Assembly: GCF_006345805.1 (NCBI RefSeq)
Contig: NC_043013.1
Coordinates: 7,998,001 to 8,062,000 of the forward strand
Length of the DNA stretch: 64,000 nucleotides
Direction: 5' to 3'
DNA from: Octopus sinensis
Taxonomy: Eukaryota
Every line of letters begins with the position of its first letter. The first letter of the stretch is position 1. The notes under the pieces are model-generated. The model was given only the letters and a program-made list of their open reading frames with translations. It made no database searches and was not told where the DNA came from. The position numbers and the translations under genes were made by a program. Positions 36,063 to 50,425 of the stretch are shown piece after piece.

Positions 36063-37126
36063 TAAATTGTAGCTTGCTCCTGTGTAGTGACTGATGTACT
36101 GATATAACATCACAAGGTTAAATTTTGTGCTGAAATTGCAATTAATGTAGTGAATTTTGTAGACCTATCCAACCCACACTTACTCAAAACAAATTTTCTT
36201 TTTCAAATGTTAGGACAAAATTTACAGACACTGAATCCTAGATTCACAGGAGAAACGACATGCAATTATGATATTTTTTTTGTATTCCTTCTCGAAGATA
36301 TTAGTGAAATGAAACGACTTCATCCACAAAATGAAAATGTTTAGTAATTATATTTCCTCTATTGCTGTCACAAAAATTAAAATTGATACTTTTTTTTCTG
36401 TTTTTCAACTAAGGACAAAACCAATATTTTGAGGGATACAAATTCATAAAATTAGTTCATGTACCATGAAGAGAGGTGGGTTTTGGTATTTTATGCTGGG
36501 CCTTTCTTCAAAGAAATTAGAAATGTATTGGAAAGCTGTTAATTAAATTCAGTACGGGAACTTTATTTTAATACACAAAATTTTATTAAATTTCTTCTTC
36601 TTATTTTCTTTTTTGCTGCTGTTGATACAAACAATCTTTAGTTCTTTTGGGCTCCAGATTTTCCTTTTTTTTCCTTTTTTTAATTTTTTTTTTTGTTAGG
36701 AAAATTCATTGAATTGGTGAGTCACACTGATAATCTAAAGATTGGCAGGCAAAATATTTGAACACAGCAGTGAAGCAGTAAATTCATTAAACCTCATTCT
36801 CAGCATTGTCGCATATCTCCATTAGTGTTGAAGTTAGATACACTATGGCTGAAAAATGATTTGTTTTTGTTTTCTTATTTCGGTACAAAGCCAGCAATTA
36901 TTGAGGCAGAGGTTCAGTTTGATTACACCTGCCCCCCCATTACACGTTTTGTAATTTTGAGAGTTTGTACAAAGTAACTGTTAATTTTTAGAATGATAGT
37001 GTAGGGTTGGTGTGAGAGGCCTGACCTGACTAGTTTGAAAATAAAACAGGTAGAATATTTTGGCTGGATATGGCCGGTTTGAATGCTGAAGGATTAAAAC
37101 TTCTATTATTATTATATTTTCATATA

Positions 37127-37548
37127 GGCGCAGGAGTGGCTGTGTGGTAAGTAGCTCGCTTACCAACCACATGGTTCTGGGGCCATTCCCACTGCATGGC
37201 ACCTGGGGCAAGTGTCTTCTACTATAGCCTCGGGCCGACCAAAGCCTCGGGCCGACCAAAGCCTCGTGAGTGGATTTGGTAGACGGAAACTGAAAGAAGC
37301 CTGTCATATATATATATATATATGTGTGTGTATATGTTTGTGTGTCTGTGTTTGTCCCCCCAACATTACTTGACAACCGATGGTGGTGTGTTTATGTCCC
37401 TGTAACTTAGCGGTTCAGCAAAAGAGATCGATAGAATAAGTACTAGGCTTCCAAAGAATAAGTCCTGGGGTCGATTTGCTCGACTAAAGGCAGTGCTCCA
37501 GCATGGCTGCAGTCAAATGACTGAAACAAGTAAAAGAGTAAAAGAGAG
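37127..37548 (+). mobile_element. SINE family A, full length
   Basis: Complete from head to (GTAAAAGA)n tail, with an internal GCCTCGGGCCGACCAAA duplication. Confidence 0.92.
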
Positions 37549-38399
37549 AATTAGATATTATTAGGAATTATATAAAAATTTGTTAGAATATTTTGTGTAT
37601 TGTAGAAGTATGATTGATATATTGCAAATAAATTTTAACAACAAAATCTTATATGGACCCTAATTGAGAATCACTGCTCTAAATTATCTGTCGGGTTTCC
37701 CAACATAACATTTTATTGTTGCCTTGCATTCAGCTTCCTTCAGATGTCTTTGATGGCCAAATCTCCTGACTTGAATTGTATTTCAGTTTCTGATAGGTGA
37801 AAATAATAATAGACAGAAACGGAGTGAATTAAAAGAGAATGGATGGGGGTTGTCTGAGAGCATAATGGAACCACAGTACTAAAACAGCATGTACCACTTC
37901 CATTCTGAATGATATATTTTGGTACTCACCAAATAGAGAGAACTTCCATATTTGGGTGTATATAAAAGTATGGTTTTTATGAAGTGAAGTGAAATATAAA
38001 GCAATATATAAATATTGATTAAAAATCATTATTTTTTTTTTATCATTTCAGAATAGAAATAATTATTTTTGCTGTCAGGTTTTATTTATTTATTTATTTA
38101 TTATTACTTATTATTTTTTTATTTCATTCATTTATTTATTTATTTTTGCTTTTATTAATGGCCTGCCATTTTTATTCCGGTTCTTATTTATCTGAGTAGA
38201 GCTGCTTAAGAGATCTAGGCTGGGACAGTTGAATACTGTTATAGGATTATATAATGTTTGTTGGTCCTATTTTAAGTATTTATTATATTAGATCATGTAG
38301 CTATATTGATTAAATTATTTTCCATTATTAAGCACTGTCACACGCTATATCTTATTCTAGATAAAGCGGTTAAAACAGCCCACTATTTCAATTTCCACA

Positions 38400-38605
<206 letters not shown>

Positions 38606-39158
38606 AGTCTATTCTTCGTTTTCTCCCACGTCTTTTCTTCTAATATATATTTGGAACAATAATTCCAAATGGTGCCTGGACAGAGTTATATTTATTTATT
38701 CATTTATTAAAAATATATATATATATATATAGTACCTCTCCCCCCCTACTACCACTGCCACCGCCACCATTCTCATTATTACACAAGTTTAGAACATAAA
38801 AATAAAAATAGTGCTTTCGGAATATTAAACAGAGCTTAATTGACTGGTTGTGTTAGTTGACTAAAAATATCAGGTGTTATTATGTATAAATGATGTATGC
38901 TGACATTTCCAGAACTTTTTATTTATTACTTTTATTAAGACTTTAGCAATAATGGTTTGTTGTTGCTGTTGTAGTAGTAGTAGTAGTAGTAGTAGTAATA
39001 ATAATAGTAATAATAATAATAATAATTAATTCTTTTATTGGCCACAAGGGCTGACAAAAATTAATTATAACAAAAAGGGACAAAACAAGATGAAAGGTTA
39101 CAAAGGGTTTTGTCTGTTTGTAAAAAAACCATGTAAAAACAGTGTAACAATAATAATG

Positions 39159-39193
<35 letters not shown>

Positions 39194-39841
39194 TAATAAT
39201 AGGCATAGGCATGGATGTGTGGTAAGAAGTTTGCTTCCCAACCACATGGTCCTGGGTTCAGTCCCACTGCATGGCACCTTGGGCAGGTGTCTTTTCCTAT
39301 ATCCTACTGCTGACCGAAAGCTTGTTAGTGGATTACAACTGTTGTTGTGAAAAGGAGAAGTTGTCCTCCTGTGAGGTACACAACAGCAATTAACATATTC
39401 AGTGTTTGAATCTGTCAGAATGATTTAAGAAGGAATATGCAAGTCACCACTTCAGATCTTGCCATATTCAGTGCAGAAAAACGATTTTTTGACATTTGTA
39501 TAGATATATTAATACATTTGTATAGATAAGTTCAAATGGCATTTTCATTTCATAAGCTCCGCTTTCTATATTTAGTATTGTTGTGTTTGGAGATTGTGTC
39601 AACTCAATTATCCATTTTCGCCTGTATTGTTTATTTTGAAAAAACTTGACTTTTTTACTTTAAAAAATAACAAAAAAAAAAAGCCAAATGACATGTCAGA
39701 ACATCAGCAGCAGCTTTCAACAAGTGATGAATCAGATCACGACAACACATATAACCCATGCTGATATGGAAAGTGGACATAAAAATGCTGTTACTGTTGC
39801 TACTGGTGGTGTTATTCATTGGTACATATTATTTACATATA

Positions 39842-39875
<34 letters not shown>

Positions 39876-40180
39876 GTTTAACGTCCGTTTTCCATGCTAG
39901 CACGGGCTGGATGGTTCGACCGGGGTTTGGGAAGCCAGGAGGCTGCACCAAGCTCCAGTCTTGATCTGGCAGTGTTTCTACAGCTGGATGCCTTTCCAAA
40001 CTCCAACCACTCCATGAGTGTAGTGGGTGCTTTTTACGTGCCACCGGCACAGGGGCCAGAGATGACTGGCAACGGCCATGATCAGTTGGTGCTTTTTATG
40101 TGCCACCGGCAAGGATGCCTGTCAAGGCGACTCTAGCATTGGCCACGTTTAGATGGTGTTTTTATGTGCCACCGGCACCT
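39842..40180 (-). mobile_element. Family E retroposon
   Basis: (CAT)n start and three TTTTA.GTGCCACCGGCA subrepeats. Confidence 0.8.
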
Positions 40181-40329
40181 ACCTACATATATATATATAT
40201 ATATATATATACAACTTTTAAAACAAGGGCAAAAGAAAAAAATTCTAATGTCAAATATGCCGAAAATAGACAAAATTGTCAATAACCATATAATTTATAT
40301 ATATATATATATATATATACCATATAATT

Positions 40330-40685
40330 TATATAATTTATCACTATTAACATGCGTCTTGAAACAAACCGACAGAAATTTCTAAAAAATTCCGTTATTA
40401 CCGTATTGGTCCCAATTTTTTCGAAAAATTCTATCCTATATTAGATGTATATACACTTCATATTGACATTTCTGTGATAACGATCCCTATTGATCAATTT
40501 TTTTTTCCTCTCCCCCTTTTTTTTAACCCCCCTTTCTTTGTCCTCTTTCTCTCCTTTTACGATCCCTTTTGATCGAAACTCCCCCTTCCTTTTTTTTTTT
40601 TTTTTTTTTAAACCTTCAAAAGAAAAGCTCTACCTTGTAATTTGTTCTATCTGTGTGCAGCCCTGTGTGGCTAATAAAGAAACAT
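40330..40685 (+). mobile_element. Probable LINE 3' UTR (L1/Tx1-like), 5'-truncated
   Basis: Pyrimidine-rich tract ending CAGCCCTGTGTGGCTAATAAAGAAA with an AATAAA signal, inserted in (TA)n. The clade assignment is a guess. Confidence 0.4.
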
Positions 40686-40823
40686 ATATATATCATCATC
40701 ATCATTATCATCATTATTGTCGTTTAATGTATACATATATATTTGTATACATATATGTATATATATATGTATATATATGTGTGTATATATGTATATATAT
40801 GTGTATATATATATTTGTGTGTA

Positions 40824-40864
<41 letters not shown>

Positions 40865-41343
40865 ACACACATGCACACACACACACACAACACACACACA
40901 CACACACAGTTAAAAAAAGTAAATAAAGTTGCAAAAGGGTGCAGAATTATATTGTAGCCGATGTTTGATAAAATATTACCAGTTTCGATGTATCCATCTT
41001 ATCAAATATTACAAATATTAGAAAGAATTCTTTTGGGAGTCAGAGAAAATAGACATTTTTTTTGGGGGGGGGGTTTAACAGTTTGTTCCCAAATTTCAGT
41101 CTTACATATATATATATAGATATATATCTACGTATATATATTCTTCGACCATGTAACAACACCTGTGCTTTTCCTTGCACTGTCTGTTCCTTCCTCTTTT
41201 CCTCCTCTCTGGACTTTTTCCTCTTTCAGATGAAGAGCAACACTCGAAATATCATTCCACTCCTATTTTCCATCTAAAACTCTCACTGAGTGTCTTGTCT
41301 TTTCCTGTTTATTTATGATTCTCTTTCTCTCTCACACACACAC

Positions 41344-41375
<32 letters not shown>

Positions 41376-41519
41376 GTATATAGGAAAAAAGAAGTTCAAA
41401 AAGAACAACTTAAACTTATTGAGAGATCCAAAAAGAGAGAAAAATAAATGATTTCTAATAAAGATTCACCATATTCATAAAAATCACCAGAGCAAGTAAT
41501 AAGAATATGAAAATAAGAA

Positions 41520-41547
41520 TATATATATATTATATCTATATGTATAC

Positions 41548-41596
<49 letters not shown>

Positions 41597-41647
41597 ATAT
41601 ATATGTATATATATGTATGTATATATATATATATATATAATATATAT

Positions 41648-41698
<51 letters not shown>

Positions 41699-41982
41699 TC
41701 TATATATATATATATACATATATATACACACACACATATATACACATATATATATGTATCTCTCTCTCTCTCTCTCTGCATATATATATAATATATTTAT
41801 AAGAATATATATATATTTATATATATATATAACTGAATGGATTAAATAAGAAAGGTACATAGTATTACATTAAAAAAGATTTAAATAGTAACACAACAAA
41901 AGTACAAATGGAAAATATGTGTGTATATATGTATATGTTATATATATGTATGTATATATAGCATATATATATGTATATATAC

Positions 41983-42070
<88 letters not shown>

Positions 42071-42076
42071 ATATAT

Positions 42077-42133
<57 letters not shown>

Positions 42134-42152
42134 ATATATTTATATATATTTA
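41520..42152. repeat. Long interrupted (TA)n field
   Basis: Directly visible. Confidence 0.95.
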
Positions 42153-42154
42153 TA

Positions 42155-42572
42155 TGGTAAGTAGCTTGCTAACCAACCACATGGTCCCGGGTTCAGTTCC
42201 ACTGCGTGGCATCTTGGGCAAGTGTCTTCTGCTATAGCCCTGGGCCGACCAATGCCTTGTGAGTGGATTTGGTAGACGGAAACTGAAAGAAGCCTGTCGT
42301 ACATGTGTATATATGTATATATATATGTATATATACATATATATATATGTGTGTGTGTGTGTGTGTATGTGTGTGTATGTCTGTGTTTGTCCCCCTAGCA
42401 TTGCTTAACAACCGATGCTGGTGTGTTTATGTCCCTGTCACTTAGCGGTTCGGCAAAAGTGACCGATAGAATAAGTACTGGGCTTACAAAGAATAAGTCC
42501 CGGGGTCGATTTGCTGGACTAAAGGCGGTGCTCCAGCATGGCCGCAGTCAAATGACTGAAATAAGTAAAAGA
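42155..42572 (+). mobile_element. SINE family A
   Basis: Near-identical to 21012-21431, sharing the GGCATCTTGGG, CTGCTATAGCCCTGGG and CCAATGCC variants. Confidence 0.9.
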
Positions 42573-42984
42573 AAAAAAAAGAAAAAAAATATGTGTGTGT
42601 GTGAGTCTGTATATATATATACACGAGATGGAACATTGCTAATTCCTCATGAGATATTCAAAAAAATCTTTACAGTTTCATGCCTGTGAATGATAAGGTT
42701 GTGAGTTTGATTACCATTGGTGTTTTGTGTCCTTGAGCAAGACACTTTATTTCACTGTTCCCTATTCAGTCCATTCAGCTGGCAAAAATGAGTTACACCT
42801 GTAATTCAAAGAGCCAGCTTTGTCACCTTCTGTCTCGCTTTGAATATCTCAGAGAACTACATTAAAGGTACTTGTGTCTGTGGAGTGCTCAGCCACTTGC
42901 TTGTTTATTTTTAAGCTATTCTGTTGATTGGATCAACTGGAACCCTTGTCATCATAACTGTCGGACCGCCAGCATATATATATA

Positions 42985-43373
42985 CTAGCAGTATCACCTG
43001 GCATTGCTCGGGTTTGTTTCGACCCTTTAGAATTGGAATTTTAGAAAAGTAAAAATTTTGCATTATGTACCTTGTTATTCTCTTTAAGTGAACATTTTTC
43101 TGGTTGAAATACACCGAAAAATGGTGACACAGCAGTCAAAAAATCGTAAAAAGTAGGGATTTTCATAGAAAAAAAGCACCTTTTTGATGTAAATAATTTT
43201 TGGTGTTAACATGGTCCGATTTGAATATTTTCTTCTATGGAAGGAAGAGCAAGCCTTCTATCATACTCTCAATTTTGGTCAACATGCGCCGCACAGTCTC
43301 GCAGGAGATAGTGTTAGTTGAAGGCTACCAAACCTGCCGTACACAGACATCTTCAGCTTTATATATATAGAGA
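42985..43373 (-). mobile_element. Non-autonomous Helitron
   Basis: Minus strand reads A|TC at the start, has the subterminal hairpin CCCGAGCAATGCCAGG, and ends CTAG|T; no TSD. Confidence 0.75.
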
Positions 43374-43557
43374 TTTATTGTTTTCATGTGCAGTTATATA
43401 TATGTAAGAGCTGAACATTAAATTGAAATGTCATGCAGTACATTCTTTTGGCAGAGTACTATACACACACACATTATGTGTGGGTGTGTGAAAGAAAGAG
43501 AGAGAGAGAGTGTGTGTGAGTCAAGTTTTATCATTTTAGCATGTAAGAGAACAGCTG

Positions 43558-43853
43558 TTGCTTGTTCCTTCTTGAGCCATGCCTGGTTCATAAGGGCTGG
43601 TTTCCCAGTTTCGTTGGTGTATAGGTTTCCCACCTGGACAGGATGCCGGTCCATCACAGGTGAGCTGCTAGATGCAGGAGGAAAGAGTTAGAGAAAGTTG
43701 TGGCGAAAGCTTCAGCAGAAGTTCGCCATTACCTTCTACCAAAGACGCATGGAGCTTAGGTGTTTCACTCATAAACTTAGGTGTTTTGCTCATTGCCTGG
43801 TCTGAGATTCGAGCCTGTGATCCCTTTCTAACCACTAGGCCATATGCTTCCAC
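43558..43853 (-). mobile_element. SINE family C, degenerate
   Basis: Aligns to the reverse complement of 5708-6027 and to 60995-61295. Confidence 0.75.
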
Positions 43854-44031
43854 TCAAGAATAAAATTAATATGTCATATCACCTCATTGGCAAGGTACCT
43901 AGTAAGGTACTGACAATGTACCAAAGTATGATTCCTAGATATATCTAAGCTCATATCCTACTTTCTTCAAGTTCTTCATTAAGGTGCTAAGCACTGTGTC
44001 CACAACAATGAGGGACAATGACAGGACATCG

Positions 44032-44450
44032 TTTACTCTTTTACTTGTTTCAGTCATTTGACAGTGGCCATGCTGGAGCACCGCCTTTAGTCGAGCAAAT
44101 CGACCCCAGGACTTATTCTTTGTAAGCCTAGTACTTATTCTATCAGTCTTTTTGCCGAACTGCTAAGTTATGGGGATGTAAACACACCAGCATATGGTTG
44201 TCAAGTGATGTTGGCGGGGGGACAAACACAGACACACAAACATATACACGCACATACATACATATATATATATATATACATATATACGATGGGCTTCTTT
44301 CAGTTTCCGTCTACCAAATCCACTCACAAGGCTTTGGTCGGCCCGAGGCTATAGTAGAAGACACTTGTCCAAGGTGCCACGCAGTAGGACTGAACCCGGA
44401 ACCACTTGGTTTGTAAGCAAGCTACTTACCATACAGCCACTCCTATGCTT
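44032..44450 (-). mobile_element. SINE family A, full length
   Basis: TTTACTCTTTTACTTGTTTCAGTC tail through CAGCCACTCCT head. Confidence 0.9.
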
Positions 44451-45694
44451 ATTTATCAACATTTTAGATACTTGTCTAGAATGATGTTGATATAACTATC
44501 CAAAATATAATAGATACATTTTCAACACAGATATAATCTATTGCTAGTTTAAGAAATTATTCTTTGTATTGCAGGTAAGGAAAGCATATGCCCTAGTGCT
44601 TAAGGTGTTGGTCTCGTGACTAAGATTGTGGTTTCAATTCCTGGACCGGGCAGTGTGTTGTGTTTAACCTCATTCTATGTTATTTTTGTCCGTTCAGATA
44701 TAAATGAGTTTTCAGCCTTTTTGTAGAGACCTTGACCCTGTCCTGTGATGGACTGGCATTTCATTGTAATCTCAGTCATTTATATGCCACTGAAGCCAGT
44801 TTTGGTTCTGGTCAAACAAGTCCTGATGATGCTCAAGACTCACCAAAGTCTAAGTTCCAGGCACTGGCTACATGTCATTCTTCGATATTGCAACCGGCAC
44901 GAAAGAGAACTCGGCTTCATTTCTGCTTAACCCCGAGTCTGACATCCTTTCGAACAAAGAAGCATGGTGTTTGGTATTTATTTATTATGCATTATTAAAG
45001 TTGCATGTGACAGTTACTATAAAACAACAAAGGTCTGATTTGATTTTCATTCAAATATTTTAATTGTTGTTATTGAAATACGGACTTGTGTAATTATTTA
45101 GAATAACGATATGCATTTGTGGTTTGGCAAAACAAAGACCCCCCACTCTGTTTCAATTCTCTATATTTACAAACAAAATGTTTTTCTCTATTATGTCTAA
45201 TGTATTCGTTACAGTCAGTTAATTATTCTGATGTAAATCAGTTATTTTTAGTTGAATTTGTTTTTCCCCAAGCTAAATTAAGACCTTATTTATTCAATTT
45301 CCAAGCAGTACTTTGTTTTCTGCGGTCTTAATACCCTCTATAGAAACACATTTTAATTACAGTTTGGTGAATAAGTGAAAAAAACCCAACCAACAAACAA
45401 ACAAACAAAAAACCCCCCCAAAAAAACCATGAAACAAAAGCAACCAGAAAACACTACAAAATTTGCAACAGCATAAAATTGCGTAAAGAATATTCTTTCA
45501 TAGAAACACATTTGGAGTAAAATTGATATTAAAAATATATTTTTTCTTAATTAATTTTTTTTTTTTCTTCTCTGCAATGCTTTTATCATTTTCAATATTT
45601 TTTAAAATTCAGAATGATGATATCCAATGATAATCTTCCTTCAATCAGATTTTCATATTCTGTGAAATGATAAAAACTTCAGTATCAGACCCCT

Positions 45695-45710
45695 TATTAT
45701 TATTATAATT

Positions 45711-45751
<41 letters not shown>

Positions 45752-45891
45752 AACCACCACCACCACCACCACTACCACCACCACGATCACCACTACCACC
45801 ACCACCCACCACCACCACGATCACCATCATCATCATCATCATCATCATCACCATCATTATCATCATCATCATCACCTCTACCATCATCATC

Positions 45892-45923
<32 letters not shown>

Positions 45924-45981
45924 CATCACCATCATCACCATCATCATCATCATCATCACCATCATCATCACCACCATCATC

Positions 45982-46030
<49 letters not shown>

Positions 46031-46041
46031 CCATCATCATC

Positions 46042-46136
<95 letters not shown>

Positions 46137-46168
46137 TACTATTATTGTTGTTGTCATTGTTGTTATTA
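45695..46168. repeat. Compound (CAT/CAC)n microsatellite
   Basis: Directly visible. Confidence 0.95.
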
Positions 46169-46627
46169 TTTGGCATTTCATAGTTTTAGGCAAATTTCTG
46201 CTGCATCACCCGCTACACCTCTGTTGCCGAGGTGTCGTCCAGCGTTGTGTGTTCTTCTTTTATTTTTCTGTTGTCTGAAGAGTGAAAACTCTTCCCAGCA
46301 TCAGTTTTTGTGTTGTCATGGGGGTTTGGCTGCAGTCCTTTGTTGTATCAGTGTATGTAAGTTGTATTGTGTATTGTGTATTGTTGTGAGTTGTATTTGT
46401 TGGGTTTGCCAACCTGTAGAATGTACAAGTTGTGGAGGTTGTTTATTTCATTGGTTATTTAGTGTACAGAGTCTGTCTTGTGTTAGTGGATTGTTTTATT
46501 TGGGTTGTACTATTGAAATGGTAGTGTCTTGCACAGGATGTGGGTTGTTCCTAGCAGGGATATTTTTTGGATAGTGTATAGTGTTGGGGGTCCAAGTATA
46601 GCTCCTATGTTTTTGTTCATACATTTT

Positions 46628-46707
46628 TATCATTATCATTATTATTATTATTATCATTATTATTATCATTATTATTATTATTATTATCATTATTATTATT
46701 ATTATTA

Positions 46708-46750
<43 letters not shown>

Positions 46751-46912
46751 CATTATTATTATTATTAATATTATTATTAATCATTATTATCATTATTATT
46801 ATTATTATCATTATTATTATTATTATCTTATTATTATTATTATTATTATTAATATTATTATATATTATTATTATTATTATTATCATCATCATCATCAGCA
46901 TCATCACCATCA

Positions 46913-46943
<31 letters not shown>

Positions 46944-46963
46944 CATCATCATTATTATTATTA

Positions 46964-47044
<81 letters not shown>

Positions 47045-47046
47045 GA

Positions 47047-47088
<42 letters not shown>
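46628..47088. repeat. (TTA)n/(TCA)n microsatellite, ~460 bp, abutting the LINE 3' end
   Basis: Directly visible. Confidence 0.95.
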
Positions 47089-47090
<2 letters not shown>

Positions 47091-49969
47091 TATGTTTGAC
47101 TTTTGCTTTATATTTGTACAAGTTGGCTCCAAGTCTCACCTAGAGACCTCAAGAGACAACAGAGTTGGAAGTTCATGTTGTTGTTATGCCTAGTGTGCCA
47201 TATATTTGGGGGGTGGGGATGTTGTACTAATGAATGTCTAAAAAAAAAGGTTTTTTTTTTTTTTTAAACCGAAAATTATGTTTGTTTTAAACCTTGAGAT
47301 TACATAGAGAGTATTTTGCGTAGGATATGAGCAGTTCCCATGAGCACTATCTTTTGAACTTCTGCCATTTTTGGGTTTCCTGGTATCTGAGTTAGGTAGC
47401 TATCAGCCCCTTTTGCTATCATTCCCAGGGCACCTATGACAACAGGTATTGTTTTAGTCTTCAGCTTCCACATTTTGCTGATTTCTATTTCAAGATCTTT
47501 ATATTTGCTCAGTTTTTGGTAGGTCTTGACAGATACGTTTATATCGATTGGGACAGTCATATCAATGAGGAGGCATGTTCTTTGTTTGAAGTCTTTCAAT
47601 ATGATGTCTGGCCTATTTGCATCTATCTTCCTGTCAGTTTGAATGGTGAAGTTCCAGAGGAGTGAGATGTGGTCATTTTCAAGCACTGGGGGTGGTTTTG
47701 TTTCCACCAGTTTTTTTCATGGGGCAAATCCAGGTTTTTACAGATTACCCAGTGAATATATTGTGCAGCTCTATCGTGCCTGTTGAGATACTCTGTAGGC
47801 GCTAGAAGACTGCACTTGAGACCACATGGTCAATGGTTTCATTTTGTTGCTTGCATACATGACACGTTGGACTGCTTCTGATCTTTAATATGTTGGCCTG
47901 GTAGTTTCTTCTTGTTGGTAGGCATTGATCTTGAGCTGCTATGATAAACCCCTCTGTTTCAGATTTTAAGCCAGAGGCCATTAGCTATTGATGGGTCAGG
48001 GCTTTGTCGATATCTGCATTATTCGCTCTCTTTGGGTATTTGCCATAGAGAGGTTTTTCTTGCCATTTATTATTCAGAATATCTAAGGCCGCAGTTTTGG
48101 CATGGGTTTTCATGCGCCTAGCTTTTTCTGTGCTTGTTTCTTGTATATCTATTTTTAATTCCGAAATTGGTTGTATTCGGAATTCACTTAGATATTCCTT
48201 TGCCTGTTTTGTGACTGAGTATGATGCTTTCTTGTTTCATGTTTTGAGACAAGTTTTAACATCCAGTTCTCAAGTTTTTTTCAGGTAGGTGTCTAGGCCA
48301 ATTGTAGCAATCTTCATTGTTATTGCCAGTTGCAAAAGACCACGGCCTCCCTCTTTTCTTGGCAGATAGAGTCGTTCTATCTGCCTTAGGGTGGTGCATT
48401 CTATGCATTGTCAACATTTTCCTTATTTTTCAGTCGAGCTGACATATTTCAGTAATTGACCAGTTAACAATATTGAAACTGTAAGTCACGACTGGTATAG
48501 CTAATGCATTGATCGCTTCGATCCTGTTTCTTGCATTCAGCTCTGTCTTGAGTATTGCTCTCACTCTCGATAGCATTCTCTCCTGATCCTTTCCTTCATC
48601 TCTGAATGCCTTATTCCGTTCCCTTCAATTACCCCTAGGTACTTGTAGCTCTCCGCTGGGTCTAGTTCTTTTATGACATTCTGTTGGTCAAGGTTAACGT
48701 TAGATGTTTCTGTAATTTTTCCTTTGATAAAGGTAGCCTTTGCACATTTATCGAGGCCGAATTGCATACTGATGTCGTCACTGAATTGTTTGACTATCGC
48801 TAGTAAGCCCTTGAGTTGTTGATCATTTTTTGCAAAAAGCTTTAAATCATCCATGTAAACAAGATGATTTATATTTTTATCAAATTTTATACCCGTACTG
48901 CGCGTCATTGAGCAGCTTTGAGAGAGGTATTAAGGATAAATAAAAGAGGAGTGGTGACAGTGAGTCACCCTGGAAAATGCCACACGAATTTTTACATCAC
49001 CAGCATTTAGGGATTCACTGTCACTGTTCAGAGTTAGTGGTGGGTTCTCCATGATCTCATACTTACAGTCAAGAAGTTTCGCAGAGTTGTGCTATCTTAT
49101 ACATTTCAAGGCATTTCCTAATCCAGCTATGTGGTAGGCTATCAAAAGCCTTTTTATAGTCTATCCAGGCTATTGATAAGTTTTTGTGTCGTTTGTGACA
49201 ATCTTCTAAGAGTAGTTGGTCTTTACAGCCGTAGGATCCACGTTTACATCCTTTATGTTCATTAGGGAATATGCTGCTGTCTGTTAAAAACCTATAGGTA
49301 TATTCCGTCAGGACAGATGTTAGTGTTTTGTACATAGTTGTTAAGCAGGTTATGGGTCTATAGTTTTTTGGTTCATTTGTTTCTTCACTTTTTGGAAGCA
49401 GGAATGTTAACCCATTAACTAGCCAAGGAGGCATCCTACTAGGGGTTGCAAAACATCATTGTACAGTTCTGTTAGCAGTTCATGGCTCTCTGGGAAGGCA
49501 TTCAGCCAGAAGTTAGGAATTTTATCCTTTCCTGGAGACTTCCATTTGCTTGACCTCCTGAGAGCAGATCTTATATCTTCTACCTTGACACCCTCCCACT
49601 TTTGCTCTTCTAAAGGGTCCAGTTCTGTAGATATTCTGTCAATCCAGGGGCCCTTTTCGTTGTGTGTTTTTTCTTCTGCCCAGATTTTATTCCAAAATCC
49701 CTGCACTTCTTCTTTTGATGGTACGCTGTTTTTCCTATCTGCCTGTAAAAATTCTTGGTGTTATTTTTGAACATGTTGTTGTCCTTGAAAAATCTAACAC
49801 GCTTTTCATACCTCGCTATGCGGGCAGCTTTGGCAGATACCTTTTGTTTGATGGTTTCTATGGTGGCATCAATATCAAGTATAGTTTTCATATTGTATTT
49901 TTTCAGTAATTTTTGGGTTTTTGTAGGTTTGGTAGTCTTGTGAGCCTTAAGGTTTTTCAAATATTCAAA

Positions 49970-49970
<1 letters not shown>
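47089..49970 (-). mobile_element. R4/Dong-clade non-LTR retrotransposon, 5'-truncated (reverse transcriptase, zinc knuckle, restriction-like endonuclease)
   Basis: WKSPGKDKIPNFWL, KNYRPITCLTTMYK, WIDYKKAFDSLPHSW, GIFQGDSLSPLLF, YMDDLKL, YKYLGV, IIAAQDQCLP, CHVCKQQNETIDHVVS, RHDRAAQYIHW, NRPDIILKD...IDMTVP...KLSKYKDL. Stop at 47300; ~210-bp 3' UTR; (TTA)n on both flanks; broken mainly by frameshifts. Confidence 0.95.
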
Positions 49971-50012
<42 letters not shown>

Positions 50013-50014
50013 GA

Positions 50015-50057
<43 letters not shown>

Positions 50058-50072
50058 GATATTATTATTATT

Positions 50073-50122
<50 letters not shown>

Positions 50123-50143
50123 CATCACCATCATCATTATCAT
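49971..50143. repeat. (TTA)n then (TCA)n microsatellite at the LINE 5' junction
   Basis: Directly visible. Confidence 0.95.
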
Positions 50144-50144
50144 T

Positions 50145-50352
50145 AAGGTGGCAAGCTAGCAGAATTGTTTGTGTGCTGGACGAAATGCTTAGTGGTATTT
50201 CGCTATGTTCTGAGTTCAACTTCCATCAAGGTTGACTTTGCTTTTCATCTTTTCAAGTTCGACAAAAAATAAGTACCGATTGAACACTGGATTTGATGTA
50301 ATTGACTCATCCTCTCTCTCAAAATTGCTGCCCTTGTGGCAAAATTTGAAGC

Positions 50353-50425
<73 letters not shown>

